Assembly (NCBI RefSeq): GCF_001194135.2
Contig: NC_068989.1
Coordinates: 66,207,525-66,271,524, forward strand
Source of the DNA: Octopus bimaculoides
Taxonomy: Eukaryota
DNA: 64,000 nucleotides
Reading direction: 5' to 3'
The notes under the pieces were generated by a model. It searched no databases. It was not told the DNA's origin and was given only the letters and a program-made list of their open reading frames with translations. Position numbers and translations under genes: made by a program. Positions within the stretch are counted from its first letter, which is position 1. Every line of letters starts with the position of its first letter. Positions 25,871-38,046 of this stretch are shown here, in pieces.

Positions 25871-27581
25871 TTATTATTATTATTATTATAATTATTATTA
25901 TTATTATTATTATTATTATCACCATCATCATCGTCGTCGTCGTCAATATTATCATCGTCATCATCACCATCATCTTCATTAATGCTATCATTATCATTAT
26001 CATTAAGTAGGTGTACGCTGTATGTGGATGTATGTAATATGGAGAATACTCTTTCTAATAAAAAAAAAAATCCCTAATTCGTCTTGAGACAATGCAATCG
26101 GAGCCAATTTCCCTATGTAACAGCACTGGATTTAAAGACTATATCACATTTATATTATTTCCTAGATTTCTATTTAAAAGACCTCGTAACTGCTGCTTCT
26201 ACATTGTATTAACGTGTTCTACTTAAAACTAAGCACATTAGCGATTCTTCAAACCGATACTGGAAACTGCAATGAATACTCACAACACTATTCCATTTGC
26301 TTCTGTGTGCAGGGAAAGGAATGTTTATGAAATCCCATTTTAAATAGCTTTTGAAACCATTAATTTGTGCTTGTTCTGTGTGTGTTTTACATTATTTATT
26401 CATTTATTTGTTTGTTTTTGTTTTTTTGTTTTTTTTTATTTTGAGTTTTTTTTTATTTGGGGATTTTTTTTTTTTTCTTTCTATAACATATCTAGAATTG
26501 AGAGAAATATAACTACTTCTCTTCTGCAACCATTTCCTTTCTTTACGCACACATATATATAAACACATACATACATACATAGACAGACAGACATATATAC
26601 ATAAATATGTATACAAATGTATATATGCGTTTCTCTCTCTCTCTCTCTCTGTATATATATATATATATATATATATNNNNNNNNNNNNNNNNNNNNNNNN
26701 NNNNNNNNNNNNNNNNNNNNNNNNNNNNNNNNNNNNNNNNNNNNNNNNNNNNNNNNNNNNNNNNNNNNNNNNNNNNNNNNNNNNNNNNNNNNNNNNNNNN
26801 NNNNNNNNNNNNNNNNNNNNNNNNNNNNNNNNNNNNNNNNNNNNNNNNNNNNNNNNNNNNNNNNNNNNNNNNNNNNNNNNNNNNNNNNNNNNNNNNNNNN
26901 NNNNNNNNNNNNNNNNNNNNNNNNNNNNNNNNNNNNNNNNNNNNNNNNNNNNNNNNNNNNNNNNNNNNNNNNNNNNNNNNNNNNNNNNNNNNNNNNNNNN
27001 NNNNNNNNNNNNNNNNNNNNNNNNNNNNNNNNNNNNNNNNNNNNNNNNNNNNNNNNNNNNNNNNNNNNNNNNNNNNNNNNNNNNNNNNNNNNNNNNNNNN
27101 NNNNNNNNNNNNNNNNNNNNNNNNNNNNNNNNNNNNNNNNNNNNNNNNNNNNNNNNNNNNNNNNNNNNNNNNNNNNNNNNNNNNNNNNNNNNNNNNNNNN
27201 NNNNNNNNNNNNNNNNNNNNNNNNNNNNNNNNNNNNNNNNNNNNNNNNNNNNNNNNNNNNNNNNNNNNNNNNNNNNNNNNNNNNNNNNNNNNNNNNNNNN
27301 NNNNNNNNNNNNNNNNNNNNNNNNNNNNNNNNNNNNNNNNNNNNNNNNNNNNNNNNNNNNNNNNNNNNNNNNNNNNNNNNNNNNNNNNNNNNNNNNNNNN
27401 NNNNNNNNNNNNNNNNNNNNNNNNNNNNNNNNNNNNNNNNNNNNNNNNNNNNNNNNNNNNNNNNNNNNNNNNNNNNNNNNNNNNNNNNNNNNNNNNNNNN
27501 NNNNNNNNNNNNNNNNNNNNNNNNNNNNNNNNNNNNNNNNNNNNNNNNNNNNNNNNNNNNNNNNNNNNNNNNNNNNNNNAA

Positions 27582-27585
27582 AGAC

Positions 27586-27621
<36 letters not shown>

Positions 27622-27696
27622 CTGCATTGTGTATGTGTGTTCTGTATAGCATGCAGGTGAACTTTCAAATGTCTATTATCATTATTATTATTATTA

Positions 27697-27752
<56 letters not shown>

Positions 27753-27769
27753 GCTATTATTATTATTGC

Positions 27770-27844
<75 letters not shown>

Positions 27845-27846
27845 CA
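27582..27846. repeat. (GATA)n and long (ATT)n microsatellites
   Basis: Directly visible. Confidence 0.95.
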
Positions 27847-28258
27847 TAAGATTCATGAGAATCCAGTATAATTTTCAATACATTTAAGCTAATCGGTCAA
27901 GTATATACTCTTCAGTAAATTGAAATTTCCAATCTATGGTTTCTGTTCTCATACATCTGTCACTCTTCCTTAATTTCTTTCTGAATCACGAAAATTTATC
28001 GAGATATCTTTTAATTTATACTTCTACTAGTTGTATTTTTCGTATTTTATTATTATCTATTTATTTATTTATTTGTTTCTGAAACATACCGTTGATACAC
28101 AGAGAGCTTTTAATTTTACACTAATGGTTTTTAAAATCACTGTAGAATCGCTGTGCTATAATATTGTTACACGAAATATATAGGAATTTATTATTGTTGC
28201 TGGTGGTGGTGGTGGTTGAAATGTTGATGGTGGCGGCTTTTTCGTTGTGGTTAATAGA

Positions 28259-28470
28259 GCGGTGGATTAGCAGAAATAGTTAGAGTGCCAGACAAAATTT
28301 TCCAGCAATGTAACTGTTCTTTACATTCTGAGTTCAAAGTCAGCTTCACCTTTTATCCCTTTCGGGTCGATAAAATAAAGTACCACGTAAGTAGTGGTGA
28401 CTATATAATCGATTGAAAACCTCTCCTCACAATTACTGGCCTTGTGCTAAAATTACAGGAAATTATTATT
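28259..28470 (+). mobile_element. SINE family B, diverged
   Basis: ttctgagttcaaa..ccttttatccctttcgggtcgataaaataaagtacca. Confidence 0.65.
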
Positions 28471-28477
28471 TTATTGT

Positions 28478-28726
28478 GGAGGCGCGTGGCTTAGTGGTTA
28501 GGGTGTCAGCATCATGATCGTAAGATTGTGGTTTCGATTCCTGGACCGGGCGACGCGTTGTGTTCTTGAGAAAAACAGTTCATTTCACGTCGCTCCAGTC
28601 CACTCAGCTGGCAAAAATGAGTAACGCTGCGATGGACTGGCGTCCCGTCCAGCTGGGGAACACATACGTCATTGAAAAAAGGGAAACCGGGCCCATGAGC
28701 CTGGCTAGGCTTTAAAAGGGCGCATT
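28478..28726 (+). mobile_element. SINE family C (tRNA-derived), tail type 1
   Basis: A box TGGCTTAGTGG 28487-28497 and B box GTTTCGATTCC 28531-28541; CORE-like tgttcttgagaaaaaca; downstream gcgatggactggcgtcccgtccag. Possibly one of the octopus OR1/OR2 SINEs (family name unverified). Confidence 0.85.
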
Positions 28727-28753
28727 CATTTTTTATTATTATTTTATTAGTAA

Positions 28754-29130
28754 TAGGCGCAGGAGTAGCTGTGTGGTAAGAAGCTTGCTTCACAGCCACA
28801 TGATTCCGGGTTCAGCCCGCTGCGTAGCACCTTGGGCAGATGTCTTCCCCCAAAGCCTTGTGAGCGGATTTGGTAGACAGAAACTGAAAGAAGCCCGTCA
28901 TATATGTGTGTGCGTGATTGTGTGTGTATGTGTGTTTCTTCCCCACCCCCTCACCACTTGACAACCGGTGTTGGTGTGTTTGCGTCCCCGTAATTTCGCG
29001 GTTCGGCTAAAGAGACCGATAGAATAAGTACCAGGCTTAAAATATAAGTAATGGGGTCGATTCATTCGACTCAAAATTTCAAGGCGGTGCCCCAGCATTG
29101 CTGCTGTCTAATTACTGAAACAAGTAAAAG
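28754..29130 (+). mobile_element. SINE family A
   Basis: taggcgcaggagtagctgtgtggtaagaagcttgc...gaaacaagtaaaag. Confidence 0.9.
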
Positions 29131-29573
29131 TGGTCATTAAGTTCTGCGGTAATTTTGGTAGCTGTACTTTCTAACAATTCGCGTAAGAGTCTAAAAGTTT
29201 TGGTTTTCTTCCTGAGTTTTGTTTCGACGAGAAGGTTTTTCCCTCTTTCTCAAAGGCTGTCATTACTTTCAAGACAGTACTTCTTGATACATCAAACATT
29301 TCGACTGCTTTCGTTACACTAGCGCCTGCTATGCGAGCACCAACAATTTGACCTTTTTGAAAGGTCCGATAGATCTGTCATTTTAATGATTTTTAATTAC
29401 CTTTTTTCTGATGATATCTGAAAAGAAACAGTAATTTTAGCAAAACATAATAAACAACAGTAATAATAAATCAAGAAAAATAAAAATAAACAAGCTTTTG
29501 ATGGTTTTACAGATATTTCAAAATTATGATGCCATGATGCTAGGTGTTTCCATTATTTTGTCCAACCCCTGTA
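29131..29573 (-). mobile_element. Tc1-like transposon 5' half (TIR plus paired-domain N-terminus)
   Basis: TA+caggggttggacaaaataatggaaacacct terminus at 29543-29573; ATG at 29381 gives, with one frameshift, MTDLSDFQKGQIVGARIAGASVTKAVEMFDVSRSTVLKVMTAFEKEGKTFSSKQNSGRKPKL. Confidence 0.85.
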
Positions 29574-29699
29574 TATATAAAAGTAAAAATATTCATATAT
29601 ATACATATAAGAAAAGGGGAAAAAAAGGAAAAAAGATATATACATATTTACAGATATTTTGTTGGATGGCCGTTGACTGTTCATGAGTTACTCCGCCCT

Positions 29700-31469
29700 T
29701 TGACGGGCTTTTGTCTGTAGTTGGAAAGGTACTTGCCGCATTTTGTTAGAACGTTAAAATACCTTCAAAGTTCCAAATATAATGTTTGCGTCTCAGTGTG
29801 GTTTTCGTTCCTCCAAGGGCAGAGCTGATTGTATTTTTACTGTCAGACAATTTCAAGAAAAGTGCATTGATCAGAATCTTGCCCTACACTATTGCATTGT
29901 TGATTTCGATACTATTAATAGAAATGCATTCGATACTATTAATAGAAATGTTCTGTGGTTAATTCTAAAGAAAATAGGTTGCCCAGAAAAATTTGTAAAC
30001 AGGATCACGGCTTTGCATCAAGATATAAAAGCTAGAGTTAATTTTGGTAGTAAGCTCTCTGAATCTTTTGCCGTGGAAAATGGAGTAAAGCAAGGAGACC
30101 TTGATGCACCCACCTTCTTTGCAATATTCTTTGCTTTGTGTTGTCACACGCTTTTCAAAACTCTGAGGAGAGTATTCACATAAAATATCGAACAACAGAG
30201 AATGTTTTTAATCTGACCAGACTGAAATTCAAAACGAAGGTTTTTACTTCACTCATTAGGAAACTTTTATACGCTGATGATTGCGCTCTTGTCAGTCATT
30301 CTGAAACAGGTCTGCAATCTCTTGTATCTACATTTGACTCAGCTTGTGATGATTTGGGTTTGACCATCAACTTGAAAAAAAACAGTTGCAATGCATCAAC
30401 CTGCGTGTGGTTCTGTTTATAACCCCGCTAAAATTTTTGTTAAGGGTAAGTTACTTGAGGTTGTTGATTCGTTCATTTACCTTGGAAGCTCTGTACAAAA
30501 TGATGGAAATCTTGATACAGAAATACATTTCCAAATTCAAAGGGCAGCAAAAACATTTGATGGTTTGGAGTCACACGTTTGGCGCCAGCGACATATAAAT
30601 GACAATACAAAGTTGGCTCTTTACAAATCATTTGTCTTACCATCCCTCTTGTATTCTTGTGAAACATGGACATGTTATGAAAAACATTTTAAATTGTAAG
30701 AACAATTCCACCAAAAATGCCTTCATCACATTTTAAACATTAAATGGGAGTTCTTTTACTCCAAACTCAGATGTCCTTGTATCTGCAGGTATCACCTTAA
30801 TTAAAGCTATGATTTTGAGAAACCAAATGGGATGGTGTGGCCATATTGTTCGAATTGCGGATGAAGGCATGCCCAAACAGCTGTTTTATGGTGAGCTTGC
30901 AGAGGGGGAAACGCTATCGGCGTAAACTGAAAAAAAAAGATTTACGGACGGCATAAGGACTACTACATAGAAACCCTTGCTTCGGATCGAGCAGGATCGC
31001 AAACAAAAGTGTGAGGTGCAGGGAAAATGTTTGAAGAGGCCAGGATAACGCATGCAAGACTCAAAAGAGATTTATGGAAGAATGTATCGATAGAGAAGGT
31101 GAATTACAATGACCTTTTTGTGTGCAGTTTGTGACAGACCATGCCTTTCTTTTTCTGGACTCAAATCTCATTTGCGAACCCATGAAAACGAACGTCCACT
31201 AACTATTCTGCCTATATGTCTATGCACACCTTTGAATGCAATGTATGCCAGAAGGTTTGAAAATCTAACGGATGCCTCAAAGACATTTTAAGATTCACAA
31301 AGATCAGAATTTATCTGCAGCTCTTGGTGGTCCAAATTGGATATGCAATCTATGTGGGTGTCTTTTCAGAACATTGTCTGGTTTAAAAAGCCACATTAGA
31401 TGCCATAATGGTTCAAGATGTAGGTACAGGTGGTGGTCAGACTCAGCATAAGGAGTAGACAACTACCAT
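29700..31469 (+). mobile_element. 5'-truncated RTE-clade LINE: RT pseudogene with three C-terminal C2H2 zinc fingers
   Basis: SQCGFR..CIFTVRQFQEK, GVKQGD, YADD (30270-30281), YLGS, LLYSCETW, LFYGEL; zinc fingers at 31121-31183, 31237-31298 and 31344-31406; (ATGT)n tail. Several frameshifts and stops. Confidence 0.92.
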
Positions 31470-31575
31470 GTATGTATGTATGCACGTATGTATATATATA
31501 TATGTATGTATGTAAGTATGTATGTATGTATGTATGTATGCATGTATGTATGCATGCATGTGTGTAAGTATATGT

Positions 31576-31622
<47 letters not shown>
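31468..31622. repeat. (ATGT)n/(TA)n tail of the RTE LINE
   Basis: Begins immediately after the LINE 3' end gagtagacaactacc. Confidence 0.85.
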
Positions 31623-31624
<2 letters not shown>

Positions 31625-31629
31625 ACGGT

Positions 31630-31797
31630 ATTCTTTTATTCTTTCTGTTATCATCTACCAAATCCCCTTACAACACTTCGGTCGGCCCGAGGCTATAGTA
31701 GAAAACACTTGTGCAAGGTGTTATGCAGTCAGACTGCACCCGGAACTATGTGGTTAGGAAGCAAGCTTCCCACCACACAGCCATTCCTGTGCCTCTA
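31630..31797 (-). mobile_element. SINE family A, 5' half
   Basis: ggtcggcccgaggctatagtagaaaacac...cttcccaccacacagccattcctgtgcc. Confidence 0.8.
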
Positions 31798-31928
31798 GTT
31801 AAGTTGAATTCGAACTCAGGGCATTACAGATCGAAAGATTTAATCCGACGCTCATATTCTGCCTATGTAGCCATCCATGGTGGAACAAGAAAAAAAGCAT
31901 CCACACAGTTATATGTTACTTTTTCACT

Positions 31929-32350
31929 GGCGGCGAGCTGGCAGAAACGTTAGCACGCCGGGCGAAATGCTTAGCGGTATTTCGTCTGTCTTTACGTTCT
32001 GAGTTCAAATTCCGGCGAGGTCGACTTTGCCTTTCATCGTTTCGGGGTCGATAAATTAAGTACCAGTTACGCACTGGGGTCGATGTAATCGACTTAATCC
32101 CCTTGTCTGTCCTTGTTTGTCCCTTCTATGTTTAGCCCCCTGTGGGCAATAAAGAAATAAGAAAAGTTAGCAAGCCGGGCGAAATGCTTAGCAGTATTTC
32201 GTCCGTCTTTACGTTCTGAGTTCAAATTCCGCCGAGGTTGACTTTGCGTTCGGGCTCGATAAATTAAATACCAGTTGCGTACTGTACTGAGGTCGATCTA
32301 ATCGACTGGCCCTCTCTCTCAAAATTTTGGGTCTTGTGCCTAGAGTAAAA
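31929..32350 (+). mobile_element. Two head-to-tail family B SINEs with different 3' tails
   Basis: Copy 1 (31929-32162) tail cccttgtctgtccttgtttgtccc...aataaagaaataagaa; copy 2 (32163-32350) tail aaattttgggtcttgtgcctag. Confidence 0.9.
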
Positions 32351-32979
32351 AAGTATATTTTACATTTCTTTTTTTTTCTTCTTTTTCTATTTTTTTGTTC
32401 TTTTTGTATATTTTTACCTGCTGTCATTAACGTGCTGCGAGAGAGACAGAAAGCTTTGCAACCATTTACTTATTGGCTAATTGCTACTTACGTTGCCACT
32501 CAGCCGTTGATGTTTATCCGATCAAATTTAAAGTAAACTGTCTAATTAATTGAGTCTTAGATAGAAGGTGGAAAATTAATGAAGACAGAAATACAGGAAG
32601 ATCATATTTTATTAAATCTTTATTCTCTTGATATGATTTTCCCAAATAAGTATCTAATTATATTTAATTTTATTTCATTTCTCGTAAGAGAATAAGTCTG
32701 AACAAGCTTCATCGTCTTCAGATCTAGCATAAGAATACTTCTGAAAGCTTATTCCTGTAGAGCAAGTAACAGTGTTGGATTAATTACCATTTAGGAACCG
32801 TTGCCTTTTAACTTGAAGGTTTTCTTGCGGATAAATGTGTTGTTGTCTACGATACCATCATTTAGCTACATATATATGTGTGTGTGTATGTGTTTGTGTG
32901 TGTGTATGTGTTTGTGTGTGTGTATGTGTGTGTACACGTGTGTGTGTGTGCGAGTGTGTGTGTGCGAGTGTGTGTGTGT

Positions 32980-33190
32980 ATCATCATCATCATCATCATC
33001 ATCGTTGTCGTCATTCAATTTCTGTCGTCTATACAGACATTAGTCGAGCAATTTGACAGGATCTAACTTCATTGAGCTTCATTGTCTGTTTAAGCATGAT
33101 TTCTACTGTCGGATGCCTTTCCTAACAGCAACCACTTACTGAACTGAACTGAACTGGGTGCCTTTTTCATGGCGTCGTAACTCGCAAGAC
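32980..33190 (-). mobile_element. Old SINE with RTE-type (GAT)n tail
   Basis: (CAT)n followed by ggatgcctttcctaacagcaaccac, whose reverse complement GTGGTTG..TTAGGAAAGGCATCC resembles a widely shared SINE domain (Meta/MESC-like as I recall; unverified). Confidence 0.5.
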
Positions 33191-33449
33191 AAAGATAAGA
33201 TTACTTTCATTGCATAGAAGTGAAGTAGAGAAGGAGACGACGTTAAGTTGAGGGGGGGATGATATTGAGCTACAGGCACAGGTGGTACTTGGCCACTCTA
33301 CAATATATAAGAATAAGTGGGAGTAGCGGGAATGAAGATGATTATGGTAGTAACGAGATGTCATGATATACACTAAAAATATAAGTAGGTGAATATAAAA
33401 GAGAGTACGGACAAAGAATCAGAAAATGTAGGTGAAAAAGTACATTAGT

Positions 33450-33800
33450 GTGAGAGGAGTTACATACAGACGGTTGAAATCGCTCAAGACATGCTGGACT
33501 GTGTAAACGACAACCCAGTCTTCATGGAGGCCATCATCACTGGTAATGAGACATGGTTTTATGGTCTCTGCTCTATGCGTTCGGTCATCTTGCGTGCGAA
33601 CGAAAATCTGACGGGCAAGCACTACATGTCTGTCCTCTGTGTGTAGCGGTCGGGAGCTGACGCGGCCTACCGGCGCGAAAACTTTCATCTGTGCGCAAGA
33701 AGGGTTGCATCATCTCACACTCAAAGGATTTTGCCCATGCGGCATTTGTTTTGGGGTGATAATATAAGAAGGAATATATACATTTTAAATGCACGTCGTA
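33450..33800. mobile_element. Rearranged mariner relic
   Basis: Plus strand VEIAQDMLDCVNDNPVFMEAIITGNETWFYG (mariner ITGDETW motif) abuts a minus-strand 5' end with ATG at 33588 (MTERIEQR) and a TACGA-type terminus at 33800. Confidence 0.75.
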
Positions 33801-33804
33801 TGTG

Positions 33805-34676
33805 TACAGTGTTTATTAACTAAATTTGACGAATTTTGTCTCCTTTTTTCGGAACAGATTGATGTATTGATGAACAATCAATGGCGTTGGAGAGCATAAG
33901 CATTAAAGGTGTCGTTGACAAAAGAATTAGCTGACATGGAGGACAGTAGGCCATCTGAATATTGGAAAATAATTACCTATGTCATGATTATTCGTGCTGG
34001 GTAGCAATATGCCGACATATTGTTTACTGCTCAATGCTCTGTGAATATTGTAAAGGCTGTAAGATGGGACATGGACATGAACCACCGATCACGAAAAGCA
34101 AGTTCCCCAAAACTGTAATTGTCTTGGGTGTGTTTCCAGTGAAAGTGGCGTTATACCGCCCCACACATCTTTGAACAGGTCCTTAGGCTCCATTTCAGAC
34201 GGCTATGTAAATCTATTGGTAGTCAAACCCTGGCTGGAGAGAGTTGCTGCTCGAAGACCATATGTATCGCAGCAGTATTGAGCTCCTTGCCATACCTCAG
34301 GAAATAGTCAGAAGTGGTTGTCGGAGAATCTTTTACGACTTCACCAACCCCAATATCTGACTTCTTAATTCCCCCAGTTGTAATCCCATGGATTATTATA
34401 TGTGGGGTACATTTGAGAAAGACACCAACCGCTCAGCCTGCAACACCAAGGCTTAGCTGGTGGCCAAGATCAAGGAGGTTTTCGAAGATCATCGTAGAGA
34501 AGCCGTGTCGAGGCCATGGTGGAAGCTGGATGCGGTTAATTTGAGACAACTGCTATCTCTCAGCGGTAATCTAGTTGATAATTTTTGGTTCTTTTAAGCT
34601 ACTTATATTTTGTCGGGGGATATTGTTTCCTTTTTCTTTTATGCAGACAATTTAATATAGTCCGAATGCCCTGAAT
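33805..34676 (+). mobile_element. Internally deleted DD37D (maT-type) Tc1/mariner transposon relic
   Basis: TKSKFPKTVIVLGV..PPHIFEQ..VKPWLERVAARRPY..QQ[Y]*APCHTSGNSQKWLSEN..NSPSCNPMDYYMWG; 37 residues between the second (mutated) and third catalytic positions. Degenerate termini tacagtg..taaatttgac and gacaatttaa..ccctga; the 5' boundary is tentative. Confidence 0.85.
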
Positions 34677-35326
34677 ATGTGTGGGGTGGGTAGATGGAGG
34701 GAGGGAGGGAGGGTTTAAAAATTTGACAGTGATTTCAGAGATTCGGATTGCATGCGCCGTTATTAGTCTGTCAGGTATAGGCGAGCAAACGGGAACGCTG
34801 GAGTTAATGTTAACCATTTTCATATAAAACTTAATAAATATGAGCTTTCCAGAAAGGTATTGAGTGATTCATGAGTTTAATGTTGAAATGTGTTTATAGA
34901 AAATTTGAGTGAAAATCAAAGGTTAATATGTGCGTATAGGTGTTGTTTCCCAACCACAAAGCCCGTTGTGTATACACACACACACACACACGCACACACG
35001 CACACACACAACACAAACACACCCACACACACTAACAAGTACACACAGGCACACACGGGCACAAACACACACACACTCACGTAAACACACATACATATAC
35101 ATACGCACACACACACGCAAGCATACAATCACAAACACAAACACAAATACACACACACGCACATATACACAAACATACACATACACACACGCACACACAT
35201 ACGAACAAACACAAACAGATACAAGCACAGGCACACATACATATACACACATACACACATACATACATACACACACACACATACACACATTCACACACAT
35301 ACGCATAAAGAGTGACGGAGACAGAG

Positions 35327-36245
35327 ATAGAGACAGAAAGACAGAGAGAGACAGAAAGACAGAGAGAGACAGAAAGACAGAGAGAGACAGAAAGACAGAG
35401 AGAGACAGAAAGACAGTGAGAGACAGAAAGACAGAGAGAGACAGAAAGACAGAGAAAGACAGAAAGACAGAGAGAAACAGAAAGACAGAGAGAGACAGAA
35501 AGACAGAGAGAGACAGAAAGACAGAGAGAGACAGAAAGACAGAGAGAGACAGAAAGACAGAGAGAGACAGAAAGACAGNNNNNNNNNNNNNNNNNNNNNN
35601 NNNNNNNNNNNNNNNNNNNNNNNNNNNNNNNNNNNNNNNNNNNNNNNNNNNNNNNNNNNNNNNNNNNNNNNNNNNNNNNNNNNNNNNNNNNNNNNNNNNN
35701 NNNNNNNNNNNNNNNNNNNNNNNNNNNNNNNNNNNNNNNNNNNNNNNNNNNNNNNNNNNNNNNNNNNNNNNNNNNNNNNNNNNNNNNNNNNNNNNNNNNN
35801 NNNNNNNNNNNNNNNNNNNNNNNNNNNNNNNNNNNNNNNNNNNNNNNNNNNNNNNNNNNNNNNNNNNNNNNNNNNNNNNNNNNNNNNNNNNNNNNNNNNN
35901 NNNNNNNNNNNNNNNNNNNNNNNNNNNNNNNNNNNNNNGAGAGACAGAAAGACAGTGAGAGACAGAAAGACAGAGAGAGACAGAAAGACAGAGAGAGACA
36001 GAAAGACAGAGAGATACAGAAAGACAGAGAGAGACAGAAAGACAGAGAGAGACAGAAAGACAGTGAGAGACAGAAAGACAGAGAGAAACAGAAAGACAGA
36101 GAGAGACAGAAAGACAGTGAGAGACAGAAAGACAGAGAGAGACAGAAAGACAGAGAGAGACAGAAAGACAGAGAGAGACAGAAAGACAGTGAGAGACAGA
36201 ACGACAGAGAGAGAGAGACAGAAAGGCACAGAGAGAGACAGAAAG
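35327..36245. repeat. 18-bp minisatellite (AGAGACAGAAAGACAGAG)n spanning a gap
   Basis: Period 18 (RDRKTE repeats in the ORF track) with a recurrent acagtg variant; follows a (CA)n field at 34970-35305. Confidence 0.95.
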
Positions 36246-36806
36246 ACACACAGAGAGACAGACAGAAATAGAGAGTCAGTGACAGAGAGTTTATCGATGC
36301 CTCTAAGAATACATCCGTTTTGGTTTTTACTCTTGCACTGCAAATATTCAGCAGTTCCTTTCTTCATGCAATTCCCTTTTGGACATGTGACTCTACGAAA
36401 GAATAGTGACGTTGACTTTTGTTCCTACAAAATAGCTGCTAAGTATAAAAACGCAAACATGTTTAAACTATATATTCACGTTAATATATTCAATAGATAT
36501 TTATGAATGGTTTAATATATTTCTTTTTTTTTTTTTCTTAATTTCAATACTATTTTCAGGAAATTTACAATTAAAGCTTTATAATAGGTAGAATATGTCA
36601 ACTCCTACTTCAGATCTGAAATTTTCATTTTTTTATTCAATCAAAATATTTTCTCTGTTGCAAACGAACTCAACAACCTTTGTTTTACGTTTAGATTTTT
36701 AAAATTTTAAGGTTTTAATTTTCTTGTTAATTTTAGTCGGTGTTTAAATGTTTCTGTTATAACCATAAACACACACACACACACATTGACGGACAGACAG
36801 ACAGAC

Positions 36807-36809
<3 letters not shown>

Positions 36810-36880
<71 letters not shown>
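36810..36880. repeat. (GATA)n microsatellite
   Basis: Directly visible. Confidence 0.95.
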
Positions 36881-36882
<2 letters not shown>

Positions 36883-36945
36883 GGGTAGATACATGTATAC
36901 AAACAGAGTGAGAAAGATGTATAGATAAACACACACAGACACACA

Positions 36946-36988
<43 letters not shown>

Positions 36989-37985
36989 NNNNNNNNNNNN
37001 NNNNNNNNNNNNNNNNNNNNNNNNNNNNNNNNNNNNNNNNNNNNNNNNNNNNNNNNNNNNNNNNNNNNNNNNNNNNNNNNNNNNNNNNNNNNNNNNNNNN
37101 NNNNNNNNNNNNNNNNNNNNNNNNNNNNNNNNNNNNNNNTGTGTGTGTGTGTGTGTGTGTGTGTGTGTCTTTCGCATAACTACAAGCAGTAATTGCTACT
37201 GAAAAAGTAGTAAACAATTTAAAATATCATTAATGAAGCTTTCCTAAATCTAAGAATAAACAAGCGAATAGTTTAACAAATAAATTTATTAGACTAAAAA
37301 GTGAAATATGAGTATAAAATATCCAATGAAAATAAAGCAATTAAATCATATTTCAAATATAACGTAAACGCAACAAACCGATATATCAGAACGTGACTTG
37401 TTTACTTTAGACACTAAAGGCCGTAAATTTCGCGAAACACCACATATTACACACTCACACACGCATACGCACACACATACTCATATACACGCATGCATAG
37501 ACAGACACAGACACACACAGACGCACATGCATGCACATATATATATATATATGTATGTATATATGCGTATATACATATATGTATGTATATATGCATATAT
37601 ATATAGTTTTAGGAAAAAGAACCAAGGTTCATGAACTCGTCGATGAAAATCCACTGTCACATATAGAAAAATTAATAAGTAAAAGCACAATAAATAAGTA
37701 TAATGTAATACAAAGTAAATATCATAAGGTAATGATAATAAAACGACTACACGTGTTTCGTAACCAATTTTCAAATTGAAAGAAAATTTTAATCGATGCA
37801 TATATATATATATACAGCTTCAAATAGAGCTACACATGTTTCTACTGCAACGATTTGTAATCGTTACAATTGTAATCTTTCTATGATACTGGTGCAGTTT
37901 CTTCAGGGTCTTCACTTTAATATCCTTTGATTTAACTATTAAAATTGTTCGTTTATCTACTCAGCGTTGTATTACGGGTGTGTGT

Positions 37986-38046
<61 letters not shown>

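Noticed and set aside
35327-36245. Regular repeat array as CRISPR, or as a coding RDRKTE repeat
   Set aside because: No unique spacers, eukaryotic context, and a GA/CA-derived minisatellite without start or splice signals.
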